Of a stretch of 46,750 bases of DNA, positions 17,214 to 26,788 are shown piece after piece. The stretch's first letter is position 1; each line of letters opens with the position of its first letter. Source of the stretch: Bdellovibrionales bacterium. GTDB taxonomy: Archaea > Nanobdellota > Nanobdellia > Woesearchaeales > UBA583. The notes under the pieces are model-generated. The model was not told the origin of the DNA and made no database searches. It saw nothing but the letters and a program-made list of their open reading frames with translations. The position numbers and the translations under genes were made by a program. The DNA lies in contig CAXPJQ010000014.1 of the NCBI GenBank assembly GCA_964217375.1, positions 1 through 46,750 of the forward strand. Reading direction: 5' to 3'.

Positions 17214-17649
17214 TTTTCACCTCCGTATCTAATAACTCGTCACCTTCATATAGATTAAAAGTAAAATTATAGTTTTCTCCACCATTATCATATAATCTGG
17301 ATTCAAATTCAATAGAATAAGTTGTTATCTGGTCTGGATATAATTGGTCAAGTTCAATTTTCTCATTTAATCTTACATATCTATTATATGTTCTCCATTT
17401 ATTATCATCATAAACAATTTCTAATTCTGGTTTGATTATTGTTTTACCATCATTTATTATTTGAAATTCAATATTAATATCTTCGTTTCTTGAGAGATTA
17501 TCTGGCATATCTATTTTTTGAAAGTAATGATCTTGTAAAAAAGGAACTTTATTGTAAAACTTAGGACTACCAATAACCATAAATAATAAAACAACCACTA
17601 AAATGATTAATATTATTTGAGCATATCCTTTCTTATTTTTTCTTACCAT
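17194..17649 (-). CDS. N-terminally membrane-anchored beta-rich protein
   Basis: One TM segment (AQIILIILVVVLLFMVI) and a beta-sandwich-like remainder. It overlaps the hsdR stop by 17 nt and the next gene by 20 nt. Confidence 0.5.
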   Translation of the reverse strand: MVRKNKKGYAQIILIILVVVLLFMVIGSPKFYNKVPFLQDHYFQKIDMPDNLSRNEDINIEFQIINDGKTIIKPELEIVYDDNKWRTYNRYVRLNEKIELDQLYPDQITTYSIEFESRLYDNGGENYNFTFNLYEGDELLDTEVKNVQIRE

Positions 17650-20600
17650 ATTTCTCTTTTTCCTCCGCTACTGCCATTGGTGTTGTTTCTGTAAAACTTG
17701 GATAAGTGCTCACAGAAGATAGTTGCTCTTGTGATTCTTCATAGATATAATTACAAGACCTTTCTGCTTGTTTCATTACTGTTTCAACAGCCATCTTCTC
17801 TAAGTCTGGAGGATAACCATATTTTCTAAGTATTCTTCTGATATATACTCTCATTTTTGCCCTTACACTTTCTTTTTTATCCCAATCAATAGTAAGACTA
17901 TCTCTAATTGTTTTAGTTAGTTCAAGAGCAATTGTTTTTAATATTTCATCTCCCATAACTTTAACCGCTGAATCATTAATCTCTAATGCTTCATAGAATG
18001 CAAGTTCATCTTCATTAAGTCCAAGTTTCTCTCCTCTTTTGTGAGCTTCTCTTACTTGCTTTGCAATCTCTATTAATTCTGCGATTACTTTTGCAGTTTC
18101 AATTGTTTTGTTTTGATATTTCATAATTGCTTCTTCAAGCATCTCTGAGAACTTTTTCTCCATCACAATATTCTTTCTTAATTTAGATTTGATTTCATCA
18201 TTTAGAAGTTTTTGAAGTAGTTCTAATGCTAAGTTCTTATATGACATAGATTTTACATCTTGCAAGAACTCATCAGATAAAATTGAAATGTCTGGTTTAT
18301 CTATCCCTGCAATTGCAAATATATCTACTACTTCTTCAGAAGTTATTGCTTTAGATATTAATTGATTTAAGTTCTCATCAATAGTTGATAGACTCTTTTC
18401 TCCAGTTTCGTGTTTATCAAATTTCAAAAGAATAGCTCTTACTCCTAACATAAACTCAATCTCTTTTGCAATGTTTAATGCTTCATCACTTGATGCACAT
18501 AATGAGTGAGCTTTCTTCAATCTAATTGTATGTCTTAGATATCTCTTCTTGCTATCTTTATCTACTCCAAGAATAAAGTTTGCAGACTGTCCTAAGAATT
18601 GTAATAACTCAGAAGATTTCTTTAATTTGAAATATTTTTTATAATCAAATCCGTGAAACATCTCTTTTAGTATTTCGTGTTCTTCAAGCATTAGAGCAAT
18701 TGCTTCAGTTGTATCAATACCAATATTTTGTCTATCTTTTTGTGTATAAATTCCAAGTGCTTTCTTTAGCATATCTCCAATTCCCAAATAATCTACAATA
18801 AGTCCTGCTGATTTATTTCTAAATACTCTATTTACTCTTGAGATTGCTTGGATTAAATTATGACCTTTCATAGGTTTATCAACATACATAGTATCAATAC
18901 AAGGAGCATCAAATCCAGTAAGCCACATATCTCTAACAATTACAATTTCTAATTCATCTTTAGGGTTCTTTAATCTCTTACCTATTTCTTCTCTTCCTTC
19001 TTTGTTTCTTATATGATCTTGCATAAATTGTGGGTCTGCAGCACTTCCACTCATAATAACTTTGATCTTTCCTTTCTTGTTATCTTCATTATGCCATTCT
19101 GGTTTTAGTTTTATGATCTCATTATATAATTCAACACAGATTTTTCTTGACATACAAACTATCATAGCTTTTCCGCCAGTATCTTCTCTTCTTCTATCGA
19201 AGTGTTTTAAGATATCTTTTGCAACAAGTTTAAGTCTTTTGTTTGAACCAACTAATGCTTCAAGCCTGGACCATTTAGATTTAAGTTTTTGTTTTGAATC
19301 TAATTCTTGTGATTCTGTTAGTTCTTCGAAGTCTTCTTCAATCTTAGGGATTTGGTCTTTTAATAAACCAATCTTTGCAAGCCTACATTCATAATAAATT
19401 GGAACTGTTGCTTTATCTTTAATTGATTGTGTCATATCATACACATCGATATAATCTCCAAAGATTGCAGGAGTATTAATATCTGTTCCTTCAATAGGTG
19501 TTCCAGTAAATCCAATAAATGATGCATTAGGTAGTGCATCTCTTATATTCTTAGCAAATCCATCAATTAAATCATATTGTGTTCTGTGGGCTTCATCAGC
19601 AATCACTACAATGTTTCTCCTATCTGATAATTGAGGATATATGTCTCCTTTTTCATCTGGCATAAACTTTTGAATTGTTGTGAATATGATTCCTCCAGAT
19701 TCTACTGATAAAAGTTCTCTTAGGTTTGTTCTTGATTTTGCTTGTTGCGGAATTTGTCTTAGCAAATCTGAGGATAGTGAAAATGTATTATATAATTGCT
19801 CATCTAAGTCATTTCTATCTGTTAAAACTACAATAGTTGGATTATCTAATTCAAGAATTATTTTCCCAGTATAAAATGTCATAGTTAGACTTTTACCAGA
19901 ACCCGTTGTATGCCATACTACTCCAATTTTCTTAGTTCCGCTTGATGAAGTTGCAAGTTTTGTTTTCTCTACTGCTTTTTGAGTTGCATAGTATTGGTGA
20001 TATGCTGCAAGTATTTTATATACATTTTCTCCATCATCTTGGAATAAGATAAAATGATGTATTATTTCAAGTAGCTTTTCTCTATCAAACATTCCTTTGA
20101 TTTGAGTTTCAAGTTGCATAAAGTCATTTGTGATACTTTCTCCATCTATTGTTTTCCAACTCATAAATCTATCAAAGTCTGCAGTAATTGTTCCAGCTCT
20201 TGCGAATGTTCCATCACTAATGATTGTAAAAGCATTATATGAGAAAATTGTAGGGATATCATTTTTGTAAGTTTGGATTTGATTGTATGCTGATTTTATG
20301 TCTGCTTTCTCGTCAGTTGCATTTTTGAACTCAATTACTACTATTGGCAGTCCATTTACAAATACAATTAAATCTGGTCTTCTATTGTTTTTCTCTACTA
20401 TTGTAAATTGATTAACAACACAGAAGTCATTGTTTTTTAAGTTCTTTTTATCAAATAACCATACTTTATCTCCTTTGATTCTATTCTTATCTTTATATTC
20501 AACATCTACACCATCAGTTATATATTTATGAAATATTTTATTATTAATAGTTAAAGAAGGAGAAGATTGTATTTTTAGTTTTTTAATAGCTTCTTTTATT

Positions 20601-20797
20601 GAGCTCACAGGGATAGAAGGATTGATTTTTTTTAGAGAGTCTTCTAATTTGTCTTCCAAGATTACATCTTTATAATCTTGTCTCATTGGATTTTCTCCAT
20701 CAAAGGCAATATCTGGACCTGCAAGGTATGAGTATCCTAACTCTTCGAACCATTCAATTGCAGCTTCTTCTACTTGACTCTCTGTGAACTTTTTCAT
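17633..20797 (-). CDS. hsdR: Type I restriction enzyme R subunit
   Basis: N-terminal nuclease motif PDLIVFVNGLPIVVIEFKN. Helicase motif I TGSGKS and DEAH box (VIADEAHRTQ). Motif VI-like LIQAISRVNR. Full length at 1054 aa. Confidence 0.9.
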   Translation of the reverse strand: MKKFTESQVEEAAIEWFEELGYSYLAGPDIAFDGENPMRQDYKDVILEDKLEDSLKKINPSIPVSSIKEAIKKLKIQSSPSLTINNKIFHKYITDGVDVEYKDKNRIKGDKVWLFDKKNLKNNDFCVVNQFTIVEKNNRRPDLIVFVNGLPIVVIEFKNATDEKADIKSAYNQIQTYKNDIPTIFSYNAFTIISDGTFARAGTITADFDRFMSWKTIDGESITNDFMQLETQIKGMFDREKLLEIIHHFILFQDDGENVYKILAAYHQYYATQKAVEKTKLATSSSGTKKIGVVWHTTGSGKSLTMTFYTGKIILELDNPTIVVLTDRNDLDEQLYNTFSLSSDLLRQIPQQAKSRTNLRELLSVESGGIIFTTIQKFMPDEKGDIYPQLSDRRNIVVIADEAHRTQYDLIDGFAKNIRDALPNASFIGFTGTPIEGTDINTPAIFGDYIDVYDMTQSIKDKATVPIYYECRLAKIGLLKDQIPKIEEDFEELTESQELDSKQKLKSKWSRLEALVGSNKRLKLVAKDILKHFDRRREDTGGKAMIVCMSRKICVELYNEIIKLKPEWHNEDNKKGKIKVIMSGSAADPQFMQDHIRNKEGREEIGKRLKNPKDELEIVIVRDMWLTGFDAPCIDTMYVDKPMKGHNLIQAISRVNRVFRNKSAGLIVDYLGIGDMLKKALGIYTQKDRQNIGIDTTEAIALMLEEHEILKEMFHGFDYKKYFKLKKSSELLQFLGQSANFILGVDKDSKKRYLRHTIRLKKAHSLCASSDEALNIAKEIEFMLGVRAILLKFDKHETGEKSLSTIDENLNQLISKAITSEEVVDIFAIAGIDKPDISILSDEFLQDVKSMSYKNLALELLQKLLNDEIKSKLRKNIVMEKKFSEMLEEAIMKYQNKTIETAKVIAELIEIAKQVREAHKRGEKLGLNEDELAFYEALEINDSAVKVMGDEILKTIALELTKTIRDSLTIDWDKKESVRAKMRVYIRRILRKYGYPPDLEKMAVETVMKQAERSCNYIYEESQEQLSSVSTYPSFTETTPMAVAEEKEKYGKKK

Positions 20798-21138
20798 TCT
20801 TTACTTAAATTAGAAACATTAGTATTTATATTTGTTTCTTCTATTGTTATTATTCTTAAATCACTTTTAATTCCAAAAGCATCATATATTTTCTTTCTAT
20901 CTAATACTAAAAAGAAATATGTTCCTATAACTAAATAAATAGCGAACTTAAGTGTTTCTGGACTTAACCATCCATTATTTTTGATAGAAACAATATAATA
21001 GATTAAGATATTGACACTTGACACAATAAGGATTATTAATAATATTAATGAAACTAACCATAATATTAGAACTTTAAATGCCATCTTCCAATTAATCTTT
21101 ACTTTAATTGGTTCCATTGCTTCTATCTTAGTTGACAT
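20794..21138 (-). CDS. Small polytopic membrane protein (114 aa from the internal ATG)
   Basis: The track ORF 20794..21234 overlaps the upstream gene by 107 nt. The ATG at 21138 (MSTKIEA...) reduces this to 11 nt. Two or three hydrophobic spans. 4-nt overlap with the hsdR start. Confidence 0.45.
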   Translation of the reverse strand: MSTKIEAMEPIKVKINWKMAFKVLILWLVSLILLIILIVSSVNILIYYIVSIKNNGWLSPETLKFAIYLVIGTYFFLVLDRKKIYDAFGIKSDLRIITIEETNINTNVSNLSKE

Positions 21139-21322
21139 TTTTTTTCCTCCACAATAAAGGTTGCCCACAGTTTGGACATTGAAACATAGAACCATTAACT
21201 GGATAATTACATCTTGGACACTTATAATATTCATTTTCTCCTTTTGCTATTTTTCCTAAAAGCCAAGCACCCAATGCAAGACCTCCCAATGTTAATAATG
21301 TTTCTTTTGTGTCTTTATCCAT
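21128..21322 (-). CDS. Small TM + zinc-ribbon protein
   Basis: TM segment LLTLGGLALGAWLLGKI followed by CPRCNYP...CPNCGQ. Confidence 0.5.
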   Translation of the reverse strand: MDKDTKETLLTLGGLALGAWLLGKIAKGENEYYKCPRCNYPVNGSMFQCPNCGQPLLWRKKNVN

Positions 21323-21325
21323 TTT

Positions 21326-22549
21326 TTATTCTGGTATGTCAAATACTAATATAGTTAAATATAATTCTTTTTCAGAATCATCTTTATGTTTAAATAAATA
21401 TCTAAACCCAGTTTCATTATCATATTTTATTTCTTTTTTGAAGTTATTATGACCTTTAGCAATATCTGGAATTTGTGATATTACTTTGGACATGTCTTTG
21501 TTTCTATTAAATAAGATTATTGCAGTTTTGCTATCTCTCCAAGAAAGATAACCCAATATTTGGTCAATTGTTTTTAACAAGTTTTCTTTCCCTTTCCAGA
21601 ACTTACATTCACAAATAAATAAGTTTTTACCTTCAGATCTTATTAAAATATCAGTCTTACCTTCATAATTGAATGTCTCTCCTGTTGCTTGACCTTCATA
21701 TTGTCCATTTAATTGAACTAAGAAATGTTGTCTTATACTTTCTTCATCCATTTTAGAGAAAGCTTTTGGACTTCTTTCCATTACATAAGTCATATTAGAA
21801 AGAATCCTTAAAATATTATCATATTCATTTAAATCAATTATTGGTTCTGGTTTTGAATTAGAAGTAACAGTTGGTTTACTAATTACAACTTTTCTTTTTA
21901 CTTCTGGAACTGTATATGTATTTGTACTATCTTCTCTTTTTTTTAATGGAAATCCTAATTCTGAAACTATATCGTGATTTTTCAACAATGTTTCTTTTCT
22001 TTTTTTTATAGTTGATTCAATTAATGAATCTATAGAAGAATTGTAACTTGAAACTTCTTGTTTTATCCACTCTAACCATTTATTGATTTCAGAATAAGTT
22101 CTATCAAATTCAGATTTTAATGCAGAAGTCTCTTTATCTAAAACTGTTATTTCAATTGTTAATTCATCATTTCTTATTTCAGCTTGTGGGGGGTTTGTAG
22201 TATAAGTTGAAGACCTATAATTAAATAAGAAATCATCTCCTTCAAATGGGATATGATATATAACTTTTAAACTTTTAACATAAAAAGGTCTACTTCTATC
22301 CATAATCATTCTTCTTGGATCTTGACTTATATCTACATCTTCTTCTTTTTTGTCAATATATATTTCTTCCTCTTTTAATTCTGGACAATTAAGTAAATAT
22401 TTGTTTAATAGGTATTGTTTGTACTCATCAACATTAATATTTAATATATAATCTTCAATTTGACTATTTATTTCTGCAGAGATTTTATTCTTCTTATCTT
22501 CCAAGAAGTCTCTCAAAATTCCACTATTAAATAATAATCTTGAACTCAT
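21326..22549 (-). CDS. Hypothetical protein with a C-terminal PD-(D/E)xK nuclease-type motif
   Basis: GKTDILIRSEGKNLFICECKFWKG (D...ExK) in the C-terminal third. The N-terminal part is coiled-coil-like with no recognised family. Confidence 0.5.
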   Translation of the reverse strand: MSSRLLFNSGILRDFLEDKKNKISAEINSQIEDYILNINVDEYKQYLLNKYLLNCPELKEEEIYIDKKEEDVDISQDPRRMIMDRSRPFYVKSLKVIYHIPFEGDDFLFNYRSSTYTTNPPQAEIRNDELTIEITVLDKETSALKSEFDRTYSEINKWLEWIKQEVSSYNSSIDSLIESTIKKRKETLLKNHDIVSELGFPLKKREDSTNTYTVPEVKRKVVISKPTVTSNSKPEPIIDLNEYDNILRILSNMTYVMERSPKAFSKMDEESIRQHFLVQLNGQYEGQATGETFNYEGKTDILIRSEGKNLFICECKFWKGKENLLKTIDQILGYLSWRDSKTAIILFNRNKDMSKVISQIPDIAKGHNNFKKEIKYDNETGFRYLFKHKDDSEKELYLTILVFDIPE

Positions 22550-22550
22550 T

Positions 22551-23777
22551 TTATTTCACCCTTATTTCTCCAGACATTAGTTTTGGTAGTAAAGAATCTC
22601 TTATTTGTTTTAGAGATTCTATTTCATCTACAATATTCAGTATTTGATTATATATTGGTTCTAATTCATTAGAAAATTGTTTTGTAATTTTATTCGATTC
22701 AAAAAACTTCATAAATCTGACAGATTTCCCTGCATGCTTAATTGTAGTACCATTCGAATATTCATTAATTGTGTTTTGAATTTGGTTTGATTTCATTAAA
22801 AAATATACCAAAGATTGTTTATAATTTGATTCATTAAGAGGAATTATTTTTTTTATTCCTGTTGAAAAAATTCCTTCAAAACCTACTTTTACAATTCCTA
22901 TTGTCCCATCAAATGATACAATTACATCATTTTTTTCACAAGTTTTATCTGTTTCTATGTCAGTATATAATTCTTCATTTCTCATTCCAGTTAGATTTCC
23001 TACTCTAATAAATATTTTTCCAATTTTCTCAAAATTATAATTATTTCTTCCAGGTTCAATTCCTGTAACAAAATCTAATTCTGTGTTTAAATCTACAACA
23101 TTCCAATCTTTAGGAATTAATCCCAACTCACTTTCAACCATTTCTCCCCCAGAAGATTGATAAGGTTCTCCTTCTTGATTGGGGAAATCGAAATCTACAA
23201 ACCATCTTTTAAAAATTGCTTGTCCAAGTTCTTCTAAATTATCATTGATTTTCTTATTAATCTCTATTTTGTCATCTAACTCAGAGAGTACTTTTGCAAT
23301 TGCTTTTTGTTCTTCAATAGAAGGCAAATTTACTTCTATCAAATCAAAAGTATTTTTAGTTATAGTATCAAACACTGAACCGTGAGTAGAACCTTTAATA
23401 TTTTTCAATTTATACTTTAGTAAATAGTAAATATAATCATTAATACTAACATTATTTATTTCTCTTAAACCATAACAAGATTGGTTAAAAGCCATTTCCT
23501 TTCCTAATTGTGCAATTGCTCCAACTGTACCTCTTGCAGAAATAATTATATCTCCTTTATTCAGTAACTTGGTAGAACTTTCTTTTAATCCTTTTTCTGT
23601 TATTGTTTTTTCAGTTGTGTATACTTTTCGATAATCATCATTAAAATCAACTACAGATAACCAATTAATATCTCCATTCCAATACTCTTTTACGCTTGTT
23701 TTAGGAGTTCCACCCCCAATAATTTGGACTATTTCTGAAAAATGTTTTCTTGACCAATTATTATTCTTAATTTCCAT
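22551..23777 (-). CDS. hsdS: Type I restriction-modification specificity subunit
   Basis: Two target-recognition-domain halves, each followed by a helical spacer (SIEEQKAIAKVLSELDDKIE ; ESLKQIRDSLLPKLMSGEIRV). N-terminal IGGGTPKT motif. Confidence 0.85.
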   Translation of the reverse strand: MEIKNNNWSRKHFSEIVQIIGGGTPKTSVKEYWNGDINWLSVVDFNDDYRKVYTTEKTITEKGLKESSTKLLNKGDIIISARGTVGAIAQLGKEMAFNQSCYGLREINNVSINDYIYYLLKYKLKNIKGSTHGSVFDTITKNTFDLIEVNLPSIEEQKAIAKVLSELDDKIEINKKINDNLEELGQAIFKRWFVDFDFPNQEGEPYQSSGGEMVESELGLIPKDWNVVDLNTELDFVTGIEPGRNNYNFEKIGKIFIRVGNLTGMRNEELYTDIETDKTCEKNDVIVSFDGTIGIVKVGFEGIFSTGIKKIIPLNESNYKQSLVYFLMKSNQIQNTINEYSNGTTIKHAGKSVRFMKFFESNKITKQFSNELEPIYNQILNIVDEIESLKQIRDSLLPKLMSGEIRVK

Positions 23778-24798
23778 TTTCTACCTCCTCAATTTCATCA
23801 ATATTACTTGTGATTATTTCTTTAGCAAATTCTTCAAATAATATTCTAATTTCATAACATTTATTATTATATTTTAATCTCGTGTATAATACCTTATAAC
23901 CTGCATTTAAATCCTCTCCCTCAAAATAAAGATAGTTATTGTTATTAAACTCTTCAATTCCATTTCCCCAATCAATTATTTCAACATCCGTGTCACTTAT
24001 TTTCTCATTCAAAAAACTACCTAATAAATTACTAATTTCTTTTTTATAGTATTGGTCTCTCATATATTTTACAATTTCAGGGTATTTTTCAAATAAATGG
24101 TAATAACTATTCAGTTTTTTAAACAAATCTTCTATAGTATAAAATATAGTTAGATTCTTTTCTTTTTTTTCTTCAAATTCTGTTTCCAATTCAGAAGTAA
24201 AATCACTATCGTTTTCTGTTAATAAATAAAAATAATCAAACTCTTCTTGTATTTCTGATTGTATGAAGGTTTCCCAAATCAAACAATCTTTAAAACCTTT
24301 ATCAGAGCCAGTTGAAGAAATACTAAAGGGTTTTCTTCCTTCAAACACTTTTACATACAATTTTTTTAATACTTCTTCTGATTTTGAAAAATCTAAGTCT
24401 AAGACTTTAATGTAATTTTTACTTTTAATAAAATCAATTACTTTTTTAGAAATGTAATCTTCATATTTAAATGAGTCGTCTGGAATCTTTACCGAAGAGA
24501 AATCACATACTTCCATATTTTTAAATAAATCTATTTTAGGAACAAATGTATCAAATGCATTTTTAAAATTAGTTTTTTTAGATTTAAAGAACTCATCTAA
24601 TGAGACTTGTGTGATCCCTATTGAAATCATATCTTGGAGTTCATTCTCTTCAATGTATTTAATTAAACTATAAAAATTGCCTTTAAAGTTTATTTCTGAA
24701 TAGTCTTTTTCCCAACTTTGATTAACTCTAATAATATTTGTATCTATCAATATAAATGATTTGCCTGTTTGTATTGGAGTTTGAATTATTTGTTCCAT
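23767..24798 (-). CDS. PIN-like (DUF4935-type) putative nuclease inserted between hsdM and hsdS
   Basis: Acidic residues in PIN order: FILIDTNI, QVSLDEF, DKGFKDCLIWE, LLTENDSDF. A C-terminal ~130 aa is of unknown function. Confidence 0.5.
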   Translation of the reverse strand: MEQIIQTPIQTGKSFILIDTNIIRVNQSWEKDYSEINFKGNFYSLIKYIEENELQDMISIGITQVSLDEFFKSKKTNFKNAFDTFVPKIDLFKNMEVCDFSSVKIPDDSFKYEDYISKKVIDFIKSKNYIKVLDLDFSKSEEVLKKLYVKVFEGRKPFSISSTGSDKGFKDCLIWETFIQSEIQEEFDYFYLLTENDSDFTSELETEFEEKKEKNLTIFYTIEDLFKKLNSYYHLFEKYPEIVKYMRDQYYKKEISNLLGSFLNEKISDTDVEIIDWGNGIEEFNNNNYLYFEGEDLNAGYKVLYTRLKYNNKCYEIRILFEEFAKEIITSNIDEIEEVENGN

Positions 24799-24804
24799 TT
24801 TACA

Positions 24805-26322
24805 TCAAAACTCATAGCCCAACCCTCCTAAGTTTTTACGAATATCTTCTTCAAGTTCTCTGGATTTTGCAAATTGTTCTGCAAGTTCAGAAGTTAGTCT
24901 ATTCATTTTGTCTTCAAATGGTTCTTCATCTTCTTCAATATCAGCAACTCCTACATATCTTCCAGGAGTTAAGATGTGTTCGTGTTTTCTAATCTCTTCA
25001 AGCGTTGCACTTTTGCAGAATCCTTTTTCATCTTCATATGTTCCTTCTTTTGTTCCTCTCCAAATATGATAAGTATCTGAAATCTTTGCAATATCTTCTG
25101 GAGTTAGTTCTCTATGTTTTCTATCTACTAATTCTCCCATATGCCGAGCATCAATAAATAAAACTTCTCCATTTCTTTTTCTATCACGAGCAACAAACCA
25201 TAAACAAACAGGGATTCCAGTACTATAAAATAACTTATCTGGAAGTGCTACAATACAGTCTACTTTGTCATCCTCAACAATTTGTTTTCTAATCTCACCT
25301 TCATTAGAAGTATTAGAACTCATTGAACCATTTGCTAAAACAAAACCAGCCACTCCTTTAGGTGATAAGTGATGAATAAAATGTTGTACCCAAGCAAAGT
25401 TTGCATTGCCCACAGGAGGGATACCATATTTCCATCTTACATCTTCTTTTATTCTTTCTCCACCCCAATCTGAAATATTAAACGGAGGATTTGCAATGAT
25501 GAAATCTGCCTTTAAATCTTTATGAACATCATTGTGGAAGGTATCAGCGTGATGTGGTCCAATATTTCCCCTAATTCCTCTAATTGCAAGATTCATTACA
25601 CATAACCTCCAAGTAGTTGGATTACTTTCTTGTCCATAAATTGAAAGGTCATCTAATTTTCCACCGTGTGCTTCTACAAACTTCTCTGATTGTACAAACA
25701 TACCACCACTACCACACGCAGGGTCGTAGATTCTTCCTTTATATGGTTCAAGCATTTCAACTAATAACTCTACAATAGATTTAGGTGTATAGAATTCTCC
25801 ACCACCTTTTCCTTCAGCAGAAGCAAACCTTCCCAAGAAATACTCATAAACTCTACCCAGTAGGTCCTTTCCTCTATTTTCAGAGTCTCCAAGCATAATA
25901 GAACTGATTAAATCAATAATTTGCCCAAGTCTTTGTTTATCAAGAGCAGGTTTAGAATAATCTTTTGGCAATACTCCTTTAAGTGATGGATTTTCTCTCT
26001 CAATTACAACCATAGCTTCATCTAAGATTTGACCAATAGTTGGTAGTTTAGCACTTTTTTGAATATAACTCCATCTTGCAGAAGGTGGAACCCAGAAACC
26101 GTTCTTTGCAATATACTCATCCTTCTCTTCTGGATCTGCATATTCTTCTTTTTGTAATTCTTCATAGATTTCTTCAAAACTATCTGAAATGTATTTTAAA
26201 AATAAAAGACCTAAAATAACATGCTTATATTCTGCAGGGTCCATGTTATTTCTCATCATATCAGCTGCTTTCCACAACTTTTCTTCAAATCCTATATTGG
26301 CTCCATTACCATTACTTTTCAT
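24805..26322 (-). CDS. hsdM: Type I restriction-modification N6-adenine DNA methyltransferase subunit
   Basis: HsdM N-domain ([36 protein letters not shown]), SAM motif [10 protein letters not shown] and catalytic motif IV IANPPFN. Confidence 0.9.
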   Translation of the reverse strand: MKSNGNGANIGFEEKLWKAADMMRNNMDPAEYKHVILGLLFLKYISDSFEEIYEELQKEEYADPEEKDEYIAKNGFWVPPSARWSYIQKSAKLPTIGQILDEAMVVIERENPSLKGVLPKDYSKPALDKQRLGQIIDLISSIMLGDSENRGKDLLGRVYEYFLGRFASAEGKGGGEFYTPKSIVELLVEMLEPYKGRIYDPACGSGGMFVQSEKFVEAHGGKLDDLSIYGQESNPTTWRLCVMNLAIRGIRGNIGPHHADTFHNDVHKDLKADFIIANPPFNISDWGGERIKEDVRWKYGIPPVGNANFAWVQHFIHHLSPKGVAGFVLANGSMSSNTSNEGEIRKQIVEDDKVDCIVALPDKLFYSTGIPVCLWFVARDRKRNGEVLFIDARHMGELVDRKHRELTPEDIAKISDTYHIWRGTKEGTYEDEKGFCKSATLEEIRKHEHILTPGRYVGVADIEEDEEPFEDKMNRLTSELAEQFAKSRELEEDIRKNLGGLGYEF

Positions 26323-26358
26323 CTTAAAAATCTTTCACTTAACTTATTTATAAAAGTT

Positions 26359-26379
26359 ACTTATAACTAATTTATAAGT
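26359..26379. promoter_or_regulatory. 8-bp inverted repeat (acttataa-ctaat-ttataagt) between the wHTH gene and hsdM
   Basis: Read directly. It lies 37-57 nt upstream of the hsdM start (26322) and 46 nt downstream of the wHTH stop. Confidence 0.25.
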
Positions 26380-26424
26380 TATCTACAATTTATTTTCAAG
26401 AATAAATGATTTTGGGATAAAAAA

Positions 26425-26688
26425 TTAAAGATTTTTCAACTCTTCGCTGATTTTTTCACCAATTTCTGTTAATTTGTACAACTTTCCAAGGTGACTATCT
26501 GGGTTTAAACATACTACAACACCCTTCTCACTTAGTACTTTTAACACATTACTAACATTTCCAAAGTTCAACTGAGTTTCTTTACGAATCAACATTGGAG
26601 TTTTTGGAACATTTAATGCTTTAACAACTTTAACTCTTTGACTTCCCGAAAGAACCCAAGAATATAATTCCAATATCTTTTCATCCAT
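26425..26688 (-). CDS. Small winged-helix transcription regulator
   Basis: 87 aa. HTH-like segment PMLIRKETQLNFGNVSNVLKVLSEKGVV followed by a wing (GKLYKLTEIG). Confidence 0.55.
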   Translation of the reverse strand: MDEKILELYSWVLSGSQRVKVVKALNVPKTPMLIRKETQLNFGNVSNVLKVLSEKGVVVCLNPDSHLGKLYKLTEIGEKISEELKNL

Positions 26689-26788
26689 AAATTATTTGCA
26701 AGTCATCTATAAATAAAAAGAAAGTTGCGTTTGAATTGTAATTGAATTGCAAAAGATTTTTAAAACAATAAAAACACAAGATAGTATT

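Noticed and set aside
19062-19874. Plus-strand ORFs of 110 and 64 aa inside hsdR.
   Set aside because: They are antisense to a gene with unambiguous helicase motifs.
23179-24992. Plus-strand ORFs 23179..23385 and 24756..24992.
   Set aside because: They are antisense to hsdS and to the PIN-like/hsdM junction, and no motifs were seen.
26747-26788. N-terminal extensions created by TTG or upstream starts in the track (26747, and similarly 27831, 31595, 40140 and 21234).
   Set aside because: In each case an internal ATG removes a hydrophobic or odd extension or a large overlap with the neighbouring gene. The exact starts remain uncertain without transcript or proteomic data.
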